The notes under the pieces are model-generated. The model ran no database searches. It saw only the letters and a program-made list of their open reading frames with translations, and was not told the DNA's origin. Of a DNA stretch of 14,432 nucleotides, positions 1 to 8,015 are shown one piece after another; within the stretch, counting starts at the first letter, position 1; every line of letters begins with the position of its first letter. The position numbers and the translations under genes are program-made. The stretch is taken from positions 1-14,432 of the forward strand of contig JAHPYV010000053.1 in NCBI GenBank assembly GCA_019058495.1, in the 5' to 3' direction. This stretch comes from Promethearchaeati archaeon (GTDB lineage: Archaea; Asgardarchaeota; Atabeyarchaeia; Atabeyarchaeales; Atabeyarchaeaceae).

Positions 1-218
1 GCTAGAGAGGAAAATAGGCACTAGGTAGCAACATAGTTCCCTTAAACCGAGGCTCCTTGTCTCCTCGATTTTTCGTCCAACAAGATTTCCAGTCGCCTAT
101 CCTCGACATCGAATATCAGGTATCCAACTATTCTTTAAAAGGATTATCAACGCGCATTTTGCTGAGAAAGCCCAGATCAGAGGGGCCAGAGTCGCCCGCC
201 GTGCATCACAGATAATTG

Positions 219-896
219 TTACCTTCTTATCTGATTTGCGTTCGTGAAGGCGATGTCGGCAGCAGTCATTTCCTCCAATACTCGGGAGACAATGCCCTCG
301 GGTGTTCCCACAGGTCTGGTAAGATCAATGAGAAGCACAGGATCAAATCCTAGCTTTTTTCCGTCCATCGCACTGTAGAATACGCAGTAGTCCAGTGCAA
401 GGCCGCATAGGAATATTCGTTTGATCCCAATAGTGCGTAGATAACCTGAAAGACCTGTTTCGGTTTTCTTATCGTTCTCTATGAAGGCTGAATAGCTGTC
501 AATCTTTGGGTTAGTTCCCTTGCGGATTATTAGCCTTGCTAGTTTTGTATCCAACTCGGGATGGAAATCTGCTCCAGCGGTGCCGCGCACGCAATGATCT
601 GGCCATAGAATTGGGCCTATCCCTTCAGCTGAATACGGTGCATAAGGTTTTTTCCCTTTGTGTGCACTTGCGAAAGAATGATGGTTTGGGGTATGCCAAT
701 CCTGAGTGAGAATGACGCTGCTTGCGACCCCATAGAACTTGACAACCAATTGATTGATGCCAGGCACGATAAGATCTCCTTCTGCGACAGGGAGAGCGCC
801 GTGTGGCATGAAATCATTTTGAACATCAATAATGATTAGCGCATCATTCGAGTGAATTCCTATGTCCTTTGTGATCCGTACGTCTGACGGTTTCAT
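219..896 (-). CDS. pncA: Nicotinamidase/pyrazinamidase (isochorismatase-fold hydrolase)
   Basis: 225-aa ORF with an ATG start. It has the ALIIIDVQNDF motif (catalytic Asp), the QDWHTPNHHSF metal-binding motif, the IIRKGTN Lys and the LCGLALDYCV catalytic Cys, which together are typical of PncA. Confidence 0.85.
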   Translation of the reverse strand: MKPSDVRITKDIGIHSNDALIIIDVQNDFMPHGALPVAEGDLIVPGINQLVVKFYGVASSVILTQDWHTPNHHSFASAHKGKKPYAPYSAEGIGPILWPDHCVRGTAGADFHPELDTKLARLIIRKGTNPKIDSYSAFIENDKKTETGLSGYLRTIGIKRIFLCGLALDYCVFYSAMDGKKLGFDPVLLIDLTRPVGTPEGIVSRVLEEMTAADIAFTNANQIRR

Positions 897-1027
897 AGGT
901 GGACACTCCTAGGGCGTGATGTGTGAATTATCTGTATACGACTGAAAAAGAAACAAAGGAACAATTTAAGATTTGTTCCGATGAAATGAGTGAGAAATAC
1001 TAAGAAATTATTCTTGTCTGTGGTAAG

Positions 1028-2692
1028 TCATAATGATTCAGCATTAAACTCAAATGCGGCTACCGGGTATTCCAGCTCAAAGTTTGTTATCACTTCTGGA
1101 TGAAGCTCCCCGAGAATTGCGATTCTCTTGCCTCGTATGAAACTTTCAGCGGCTCTACCTCTAATGAAGCTTGGGTGTTCTATTTGTGAAAAAGATGTTT
1201 GATTTGCATTCTTGCCGAAACCACCCATGAAAGCTAAGAATACGGACTTTATCTCTGCAAAATTGGCGGTCGGGTGTATTGTGACCGCAGAACAGTGGAG
1301 TTCTTGACCCACACCTGTCTCAGATCCAGAATCTGAACAGATTACATCTCCTACTTCGAATACTCTTTGGGGAAGTTTCTCATGTTTGTTTGTTCTCAGC
1401 GTTCTAACTAGACCTGGAAGTAATGATTCCCTCAGGATCGTGTACTCCGAACTTACTGGATTTAGTAGCTTAACTAAGGGTGTCCCGGTTGTCCTCATGT
1501 ACTGGTAATGTTCTGTTTCGTTAGTAAGTGTGAAGTTTATGACTTCTTGGTATCCCAACCCAATCATGAGTCGCCTGCTTAAGGACTCAAGTCGTCTGGA
1601 AATGTTGGTTCTTCCTATCGTTAAGGATGAGGGCAATATGGGCTTGATTCTGAAGTATCCGTATCCTATTGCAACTTCTTCGGCTAGATCTACTTGGTGG
1701 AGAAAATCGACTCTAAATGGAGGAACCAATACGCTTAGTTTGTCTTCGTTGCTTTTCCTTACGTCGAAACGAGCTTTTCTGAGGCTCAGCGCAATCTCAT
1801 CTTGTGAGAGTCGGAGTCCCAATATCTTGTTGACATAAGCAGATGAGAGTGATAACTCCTTAGGTTTTAGAATCGGAGTTACATTCTTCTTCTCGCTTTC
1901 AGCCACAGTTATAGATTCTATCTTTCCGCCCATATCGGCAAGCTGTGTGACGATGAGGTTCAAGGCGTTGTTAATGGAATTGAGGGATGTTCCAGTCACA
2001 TCTATGAACAGGTTTCTAGTGGTTTCAGTTATTTGGGTCGCTGTGCCATTAATTATCGGTGGAAACGAGAGAACCTGGGTATTCTTGTCGACTATTATCG
2101 GGAATTTGGGAAATCCTTCAACAAGATGCTTGTAAGCAATTCCCTTGGGATGAGTGGAAAGGATCTCGTCTAGGCTTAGCTCTCTGTCTCCGCCCAGTGG
2201 AGTGAACTTCAGTGACTTTGGGTCAACCGCTTTGTACTTGAAAGGCGGCGTCACCGTGTCTAGGTTGTGCAATCCTATCGAAGCTTTTCGCCGGTCCCTG
2301 CCAATAGCCCAGTGTATGTCCTCTTGGGCGGCCATTAGTTCTTCTATGTCTGAGTCTGAAAGCTGGATATCTCTGCAGACGGCACCCACAATATAGGGTC
2401 TCACGTTCTTGACTGATTGTTCAACGATTAGTGATACCGTTCCCTTTGTAACATCGTATTTGGGCAGCCCGATTTCTATCTCCTGCAAGCCCTTGAGTGC
2501 TCGGGCGATGCCTACTTGGCTGGAGAAATCGGGTCGATTCGGGTTGTATTCTATTTTGATCCAGTCCTCGCCTTTCTCTTCGATCTCAACGCCTATCCAT
2601 GGGATCGCTTCTTCAAGTTGTTCGATCGTTATGTGTCTACCTAGTAGTGAAGACATTTTTTCCAGACTTAGTTTGACAACTGGCACCTTCAA
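1028..2692 (-). CDS. pheT: Phenylalanine--tRNA ligase beta subunit (archaeal type)
   Basis: 554-aa ORF of typical archaeal PheT length. The N-terminus (M)PVVKLSLEKMSSLLGR resembles archaeal PheT starts. It lies 8 nt downstream of pheS in the same orientation and ends with TGA. The true start may be the GTG at 2686 rather than the TTG at 2692. Confidence 0.93.
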   Translation of the reverse strand: MKVPVVKLSLEKMSSLLGRHITIEQLEEAIPWIGVEIEEKGEDWIKIEYNPNRPDFSSQVGIARALKGLQEIEIGLPKYDVTKGTVSLIVEQSVKNVRPYIVGAVCRDIQLSDSDIEELMAAQEDIHWAIGRDRRKASIGLHNLDTVTPPFKYKAVDPKSLKFTPLGGDRELSLDEILSTHPKGIAYKHLVEGFPKFPIIVDKNTQVLSFPPIINGTATQITETTRNLFIDVTGTSLNSINNALNLIVTQLADMGGKIESITVAESEKKNVTPILKPKELSLSSAYVNKILGLRLSQDEIALSLRKARFDVRKSNEDKLSVLVPPFRVDFLHQVDLAEEVAIGYGYFRIKPILPSSLTIGRTNISRRLESLSRRLMIGLGYQEVINFTLTNETEHYQYMRTTGTPLVKLLNPVSSEYTILRESLLPGLVRTLRTNKHEKLPQRVFEVGDVICSDSGSETGVGQELHCSAVTIHPTANFAEIKSVFLAFMGGFGKNANQTSFSQIEHPSFIRGRAAESFIRGKRIAILGELHPEVITNFELEYPVAAFEFNAESL

Positions 2693-2700
2693 ACGCCTCT

Positions 2701-4284
2701 TTACTGCATCTCAGGAATTGTTCTCAGCCAGTTCAACTCATTCTTGTAGGGAGTTCGGATATCGACACCTTCTGTCCTTATCATGAAGAGCCTCTCTAGC
2801 CCTTGTCCCCATGCTAAGACTGGATACTTGATTCCTAGGGGAAGGGTGACTTCGGGTCTAAAGATCCCCATGCCTCCGAGTTCTAGCCATCTTCCGACAT
2901 CGCTCTCCTTTCCGTTTTCACCAGTGTTCTTCCTCTCGATGTATACGACAGCCTCAGCGCTAGGCTCGGTGTATGGGAAGTATGAAGGCCAGAATCGAAC
3001 TTTCTCGAATCCGAGGCGGTTGTAGAATTCCTTGAGTATACCCATGAGGTCTGCTAGTGAGGCATCCTTATCCATTATTATTCCTTCGATTTGATGGAAC
3101 TCGGCGAGGTGTTTGTAATTGACTTTTTCGTTTCTGTATACTCGATCGATGGAGAATACTTTCACTGGCGGGTTGGGGTGGGAGGCGAGGTACTTGATGG
3201 TGGTTGCCGTGGTGTGCGTTCTCAAGATTACTTGTCGCGCAATATCCTTGCTCCATCTGTAACCCCATCCGGTTGATCCAGTTTCCCAACCGTCCTCATG
3301 TGTTTGCGCGACTCGTTTGACTATGCTTTGATCGGGAAGCTTAGCCTTTGAAGGGGATGTGAGGTAGAAGGTATCATGCATCTCCCTGGCAGGGTGATCT
3401 TGGGGTTGAAAGAGTGCATCAAAATTCCAGAAGGCAGATTCAACTAGGTTTCCTTTGATCTCCTCGAAACCTAGCTCGAGGAAGATCTCTCTTACTTCTT
3501 CGATTAACTCAACTATCGGATGATATTTCGCGATGAAAGTTGGCTCTGCTGACGCTGAGACATCGAAAGTTTTGAATTTCGCTTTCTTCCATTCGCCAGA
3601 CCTGATCATGTCAGGGGTGAGCTGAGTGACTTCCTCAACGACTACTACGCCACGGCGTACAGCCTCAAGTCCGACATCTGTTATTTCAAGAGTCCTTGAC
3701 TTGCGAGTTGCGACGTGTATCAGGTTCCGTTTCAGAAGAGACTCCGCCTCTATCTTTTGCTCTTGGTCGAGTGACGATAACGTGATCTCGGACACAGTTG
3801 ATAATTTTGTGATCATCTCTTCATCTGGGCCTTTTTGAGGTTTGCTGGTTGATCTTAGATAAAGCTTCCCGGCTTCCTTCGTTGTGTTGGCCCAATTCTT
3901 TCTTTTCAGCCAGCCTAGTGCCAGAGTCGCCTCATCGTCTGCGAGATGTAAATCATGCTTTAGGGAGTCGAATTCGCTGTTTCCTCCTTTTTTCTGAACG
4001 AGATAGTCTATCACTATTCTCTCAGGGAGACCGACTTTGGAGCGTATCATGCCTTCTTCGGTTAGTCTCGCATATTTCTCCTCTGATTCACGGATTGATA
4101 TCAGATCCTTCTCAGCTAGAGAAGTTGATGCTCCAAAAATAGTAGCTTGGTCGAGTCCCAGAGTCTCTACGAGCTCGATCACGTTGACTCTTTTCTTCAA
4201 CTTGGCCAAGGCATCCAGAACAGTTCCTTCAGCCCGGCTCAAACTTACGGGATTTGACGCTGTCATGACGTTTCTTCTCCCCAA
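2701..4284 (-). CDS. pheS: Phenylalanine--tRNA ligase alpha subunit (archaeal type)
   Basis: 527-aa ORF with class II aaRS motifs (FQPQDHPAREMHDTFYL, and a GMGIFRPEV..LAWGQGLERL C-terminus). The N-terminal winged-helix repeats are typical of archaeal PheS. The ATG at 4266 (MTASNP...) is a more likely start than the TTG at 4284. Confidence 0.93.
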   Translation of the reverse strand: MGRRNVMTASNPVSLSRAEGTVLDALAKLKKRVNVIELVETLGLDQATIFGASTSLAEKDLISIRESEEKYARLTEEGMIRSKVGLPERIVIDYLVQKKGGNSEFDSLKHDLHLADDEATLALGWLKRKNWANTTKEAGKLYLRSTSKPQKGPDEEMITKLSTVSEITLSSLDQEQKIEAESLLKRNLIHVATRKSRTLEITDVGLEAVRRGVVVVEEVTQLTPDMIRSGEWKKAKFKTFDVSASAEPTFIAKYHPIVELIEEVREIFLELGFEEIKGNLVESAFWNFDALFQPQDHPAREMHDTFYLTSPSKAKLPDQSIVKRVAQTHEDGWETGSTGWGYRWSKDIARQVILRTHTTATTIKYLASHPNPPVKVFSIDRVYRNEKVNYKHLAEFHQIEGIIMDKDASLADLMGILKEFYNRLGFEKVRFWPSYFPYTEPSAEAVVYIERKNTGENGKESDVGRWLELGGMGIFRPEVTLPLGIKYPVLAWGQGLERLFMIRTEGVDIRTPYKNELNWLRTIPEMQ

Positions 4285-4407
4285 GGAGGAGACCTTGAGT
4301 GACGATGAAATTCAGATGAAAAGGTTCAGGCTTTCATCACAGAAGTTGACTAAACGTCATTAAAACTCTTTGGTCAAGATCTCGGCAACTTGAGTTGTTG
4401 TGGAAGA

Positions 4408-4905
4408 TTAGTGATTGCTTCTCTTCTGCTGTGTTGCCTCGATTTCCCTAAGCGCGGTTGATTTGATTGGTTTTCCATTCCTTCCTAGTATCATTCTGAT
4501 TATGACTGGGCGAAGTGGTTTCAGACCTTTCTTACTCCTTTCTTGATTTATGCTTTTGACTACTGGAGCTGTCTCTACGCTGACCACAAGTGCCTCGATT
4601 CGAGGGTCGTCTGCAGTAATCCCAAACTGGCTTGATATTGGGATTATCTCTGCTCTCTCAATGCATCCTTCAGACGTTAAGAACTTCTTAATGTCATCAA
4701 CCCTTCGTTCATAGGGGTATATCAGCTCTTTCCTGAGTTTCTCAGTCAGCAGTTTCTTAGTTGCTACGCCGACAATCACTCTTTCGCCTACTTGGCATGC
4801 TTTGCGGAGCAATGCTTTGTGTCCCTCATGTAGATGGTCGAATGTTCCCCCTACGGCAACACATTTGAATCTTTGCATGTGAACCTTCTCCCCTGCAATG
4901 TGCAA
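4408..4905 (-). CDS. coaD: Phosphopantetheine adenylyltransferase, archaeal cytidylyltransferase-family PPAT
   Basis: It has the GGTFDHLHEGHKALL nucleotidyltransferase H-x-G-H motif. Its size of about 155-165 aa is typical of archaeal PPAT. The likely true start is the ATG at 4878 (MQRFKCVAVGG...). Confidence 0.75.
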   Translation of the reverse strand: MHIAGEKVHMQRFKCVAVGGTFDHLHEGHKALLRKACQVGERVIVGVATKKLLTEKLRKELIYPYERRVDDIKKFLTSEGCIERAEIIPISSQFGITADDPRIEALVVSVETAPVVKSINQERSKKGLKPLRPVIIRMILGRNGKPIKSTALREIEATQQKRSNH

Positions 4906-4985
4906 CTAAGCGAATGACTTAATTAAAAAGTAGTGTTAAGTGATAAAAGGATATTCTTAAGGTAAATCTCAAATCCGGGGATCCT

Positions 4986-5903
4986 TTGAATTTGAGAGAC
5001 ATGAACCAAGACAGCGGAGAACTATATGCCTATAGGAAAGCTGGGAAGATTGCATCCCTTGTCAGAACAAAAGTCGCTCAGCTGACAAGACCAGGAGTAC
5101 CGATCATAAAGATTTGCGAAGAAACAGAGAACATGATCAGAAAGATGGGTGGATTCCCGGCTTTCCCTACGAATGTTTCCGTGGATTACGTGACGGCTCA
5201 CTACACTTCGCCGCCGAATGACGAGACTACGATACCCGAAGACGGGCTTGTTAAAGTTGATCTTGGTGCTTCAATCAGCGGTTACTTGTCGGATACGGCG
5301 GTCACAGTCGATCTCAGTGGCAAAGAGATCGCCATGGTCGATACTGCTGAGAAAGCTCTGAGAGCAGCAATGTCGATCATAAAGGCTGGAATCAACGTAG
5401 GTCAAGTTGGAAAAGCAATAAGTGACACGATAGTGAGTGCTGGATTCAAGCCTATATCGAACCTTGGTGGGCATAGCCTGGCTAGATATGAGCTGCACTC
5501 AGGAACCTCGATTCCGAATGTCCTGACACATTCAGGGCAGGTGATGAGGGAAGGGGGAGTCTACGCTGTTGAACCATTTGTTACTAAGGCAGATGGAAAA
5601 GGATACGTGAAGGACACAGACAGCGCCTATATCTTTAGTTGCACTGATAGCATGCCCCCGGCGAGTCCGAAGGATAACCCTGAAGCGGAGTTGTTAACCG
5701 TATTGAAGAAAAGATTCGGTATACTTCCATTTTGTCTTCGATGGCTGGGCAGCGATTTCAATCTCAAGCAATTCAAGAGACTGATCAGATCAGGTTCAGT
5801 AATTTCGTATCCTGTTCTTGTGGAGGCTGGAAAAAGAATAGTGGCGCAGGCGGAGCATACCGTGCTAGTCAAGAAATATGGCTGCGATGTATTAACAACC
5901 TGA
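4986..5903 (+). CDS. map: Methionine aminopeptidase, type 2 (archaeal)
   Basis: It has the FPTNVSVDYVTAHYTSPP, VKVDLGASISGYLSDTA, GHSL..YELHSG and AQAEHTVLV motifs of type 2 MetAP. The likely start is the ATG at 5001. It ends with TGA at the expected length. Confidence 0.93.
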   Translation: MNLRDMNQDSGELYAYRKAGKIASLVRTKVAQLTRPGVPIIKICEETENMIRKMGGFPAFPTNVSVDYVTAHYTSPPNDETTIPEDGLVKVDLGASISGYLSDTAVTVDLSGKEIAMVDTAEKALRAAMSIIKAGINVGQVGKAISDTIVSAGFKPISNLGGHSLARYELHSGTSIPNVLTHSGQVMREGGVYAVEPFVTKADGKGYVKDTDSAYIFSCTDSMPPASPKDNPEAELLTVLKKRFGILPFCLRWLGSDFNLKQFKRLIRSGSVISYPVLVEAGKRIVAQAEHTVLVKKYGCDVLTT

Positions 5904-5949
5904 AAGCAAAGTAAGATCTAAGCTCAGGTCAAGTCGGATTCTCTTGTCT

Positions 5950-6354
5950 TCAGGATGCCCGAAGTTGAGTTTTCTGAATTGGAATCGTGTATATTGATCT
6001 GATAAACATCTCGCCTTCACATTCCTTGCACTTTCCAAGTGTCTTGTACATGTAGTCTCCCCTCTGAAAATCCCTCACTTCGGTATATTGACATTTATCG
6101 CACTTGATCACGGACACTGTTCTGAAAAGAGGGTTAACTACAGGTGTTCTCCACGCACTGCCGATGAGCGAGAAGAAGAAAGAGAATATGAGAAATCCTA
6201 CTATGATGCTTATTTGATCACCGTTCTGAAAACCTGTGTAGAGATAGGAGAGACCGAATATGAGGCAGAATATTGCTATCATGGCCGCGACTATTCGTGC
6301 GCCTCTAGCGCCTCCAGTTGGCTTTGGTCGTTCGCTGTCGCTCAACAGAATCAC
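5950..6354 (-). CDS. Small membrane protein with a C-terminal CxxC...CxxC zinc-ribbon; function unknown
   Basis: 134-aa ORF with two hydrophobic helices (IVAAMIAIFCLIFGLSYLY and IIVGFLIFSFFFSLIGSAW), followed by CDKC-x21-CKEC. It lies 11 nt downstream of the DUF1512-like gene on the same strand. Confidence 0.55.
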   Translation of the reverse strand: MILLSDSERPKPTGGARGARIVAAMIAIFCLIFGLSYLYTGFQNGDQISIIVGFLIFSFFFSLIGSAWRTPVVNPLFRTVSVIKCDKCQYTEVRDFQRGDYMYKTLGKCKECEGEMFIRSIYTIPIQKTQLRAS

Positions 6355-6365
6355 CTCTCTTGGTC

Positions 6366-7538
6366 CTAGCCGACTCCTACTGTGTTTCCAATTCCGGCGA
6401 TGATCACCGTTGATCCAGGTTCGGTCCTTTCCCTTACGATCTCTCTGACTCTTTCAGAAACCTTGTCAGCTGCGTCAGTGATCTCCTTTTTCATTGGCAT
6501 GACTGCTTCCTCAATTGCTTCCTTCACTAGTATTGCATCTAGGGGGATCTTGTATTTCACCGCAGCTTGCTCGATCTTGTATTTTTCAGGACCTGGGTCT
6601 CCTATAGCTGCTCCAACACCTTCGACGACATCGCCAGTTGTCTCACCTTCGAGTTTGCCAGCCGCGTCGATCATGATGATTCTTGAGATTTGACCCTTGT
6701 ATTCTTCGACCAATCTTTCAATAGCTTCTCCAGGTTTGCCTACGCGGCTACCAGGTCCCTTGGCTCTGACTAAGAGGACTTTTCTTTTATCAAGTTCAAT
6801 TTCAGCAACTGCAACTTCCTTTGCGACGTCGTCAGTTATTATTGGTTTGTCGCCATTTTTCTTGAATTCATCAACCAGACGAGCTGTAACAAGTGGTCCC
6901 AGCCCATCGCCTATTGGTTTTCCCAATGAGAATGCTTTCAGTGCTTCGAAGTACGCTTTGGCGATTCTCATGATCTGGTGCAGTTGCATTTGCACCTGCA
7001 GGGTAATATACATGTTCTTTTCCTTCTTTGCGAGAAGATAGTAGTGCCTAATGACTTTGAAAACAAAATAGACGGCGCTCGCAGCCTCAATTGTCCCCTC
7101 AAGATTCGATGCATCATCTTTGCTGGCGCCTGGAGCCATTCTCGCAACGGCATCTTCATAACCTAACTTTCTTACATCCAAGATGTGATCCAGTCTCTGA
7201 ATGACGCCGGCAGGGTCAAGGCTAACTGGCTCAATTGTTACAAACTCCATCATCGAAGCAACTGCTTTCGATGGATCTTCTGTAGGTTTTCCGAGATCCT
7301 TGACTGTCTTGATAGTTATTTCTTTTGATTCTTCTGACATCCGGTTCAGCTTGAACAGAGCAGCCTCTATCTGCTTCGTCATTCTCCAAACCATAATCGC
7401 TTGCTGGTAGAACGCGAAGATGAAGAAGGCACCGTAGAATAACAACATGAGAATAAAACTTAACGGATCACTACCTAAACCAAACTGCAGTGGCAAAGCT
7501 GACATATTTTCGGTGTCGCCTCTCTTATGACTATTCAT
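6366..7538 (-). CDS. Conserved archaeal membrane-anchored protein, DUF1512-like; function unknown
   Basis: 390-aa ORF with an ATG start, an N-terminal TM helix (FILMLLFYGAFFIFAFY) and a long soluble domain. The family assignment is recalled from memory rather than searched. The call that it is coding is firmer than the family name. Confidence 0.6.
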   Translation of the reverse strand: MNSHKRGDTENMSALPLQFGLGSDPLSFILMLLFYGAFFIFAFYQQAIMVWRMTKQIEAALFKLNRMSEESKEITIKTVKDLGKPTEDPSKAVASMMEFVTIEPVSLDPAGVIQRLDHILDVRKLGYEDAVARMAPGASKDDASNLEGTIEAASAVYFVFKVIRHYYLLAKKEKNMYITLQVQMQLHQIMRIAKAYFEALKAFSLGKPIGDGLGPLVTARLVDEFKKNGDKPIITDDVAKEVAVAEIELDKRKVLLVRAKGPGSRVGKPGEAIERLVEEYKGQISRIIMIDAAGKLEGETTGDVVEGVGAAIGDPGPEKYKIEQAAVKYKIPLDAILVKEAIEEAVMPMKKEITDAADKVSERVREIVRERTEPGSTVIIAGIGNTVGVG

Positions 7539-7707
7539 TATTACAGTGGGTAATCAGTAAACAAGAATAATGTAACCGTGCTTTTTATAAACTTGTGTAT
7601 TTAGGCAATCAACTAACAGAAACCATTGAAAAGAGTTTGAGAACGCATGGCTCTTGGCGAAAGCCTCGAGCGAGACAGATTGCAAGCAAATTGAAATGAA
7701 TCACAAA

Positions 7708-7873
7708 CAGCTTCTAGGTGGCAACATTCCGTGATCGGAACGGGAACGGGTGTTACTCCCCGCCTATGACCGAGCCCGCAGGCTCAGCCGTCCAAGCTTC
7801 CCGAGGGGTCTCCCACCTCAGTACAACAAGGATCGCGCGAGGACTTAACTTTCACGTGTTGCCACCAAAGCTG
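7708..7873 (-). other. Processing stem with a bulge-helix-bulge motif enclosing the permuted 5S core
   Basis: On the minus strand, GGTGGCAACA (7866-7857) pairs with TGTTGCCACC (7726-7717) over 10 bp. An outer helix pairs CAGCTT (7873-7868) with AAGCTG (7713-7708). Inside the stem come a 3-nt bulge GAA (7729-7727), a 4-bp helix CGTG (7856-7853)/CACG (7733-7730), and a 3-nt bulge AAA (7852-7850) on the opposite strand. Confidence 0.65.
7728..7850 (-). rRNA. Circularly permuted 5S rRNA gene (123-nt core)
   Basis: The minus strand reads AGTTAAGTCCTCGCGCGATCCTTGTTGTACTGAGGTGGGAGACCCCTCGGGAAGCTTGGACGGCTGAGCC-TGCG-GGCTCGGTCATAGGCGGGGAGTAACACCCGTTCCCGTTCCGATCACGGA. The first block is the canonical 5S 3' half (GUUAAG, helix II 3' strand UCCUCGC, GUACUG, helix IV hairpin, GGGAAGCUUGG, helix I 3' strand). 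The second block is the canonical 5' half (helix I 5' strand, GGUCAUAG, helix II 5' strand GCGGGGA, ACACCCGUUCCCGUUCCGAUCACGGAA). Helix I (GGCUCGGUC/GACGGCUGAGCC) is capped by the tetraloop UGCG. Total length is 123 nt, the normal 5S size. The region is GC-rich relative to its flanks. Confidence 0.8.
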
Positions 7874-7898
7874 TGTCTACTATCAAAGGATATAATTC

Positions 7899-7905
7899 TT
7901 ATAAA
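7899..7905 (-). promoter_or_regulatory. Candidate TATA box for the 5S transcription unit
   Basis: TTTATAA on the minus strand lies 26-32 nt upstream of the base of the outer processing helix (7873). This is the usual archaeal TATA-to-start spacing. Confidence 0.4.
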
Positions 7906-8015
7906 CCTAGCGATAATGCTCCAGTTAAGAGAGACGAAAAGCTTGGCCGCGTCGTTCATTCTCATTCGTCTTAGAGAAACGCTTAATTATGTGGATTATT
8001 GCATTTTATCTTGCA

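Noticed and set aside
1530-4363. Many 60-125-aa ORFs antisense to or overlapping pheT, pheS, map, the DUF1512-like gene, the PKD gene and ccdA (for example 1530-1838, 2409-2786, 3849-4142, 4037-4363, 6382-6693, 6697-7041, 11206-11634 and 13299-13550).
   Set aside because: Each lies inside a longer ORF with clear family motifs on the other strand or frame. Their translations are Ser/Leu/Arg-rich shadow sequences.
1028-5903. Genome-wide UGA-to-Trp reassignment in the host.
   Set aside because: pheT (TGA at 1030-1028), map (TGA at 5901-5903) and the zinc-ribbon gene terminate at TGA at lengths normal for their families. No conserved gene in the window is broken by an in-frame TGA. Any UGA decoding would have to be partial or restricted to other replicons.
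7717-7866. On the plus strand, this GC-rich stretch with a 10-bp terminal helix first looked like an SRP RNA fragment, a minimal RNase P RNA or an H/ACA sRNA (an ACA is present at 7823-7825).
   Set aside because: No SRP helix 8 motif, RNase P P4/CR-I/CR-V motif or pseudouridylation pocket could be found. The reverse complement matches 5S rRNA motifs along its whole length.
7931-7972. A 7-bp inverted repeat AGACGAA/TTCGTCT in the spacer between the 5S and tRNA-Trp promoters.
   Set aside because: It is short, has a 26-nt loop and matches no recognised motif. It could be chance or a minor regulatory hairpin, and the evidence is insufficient to call a feature.
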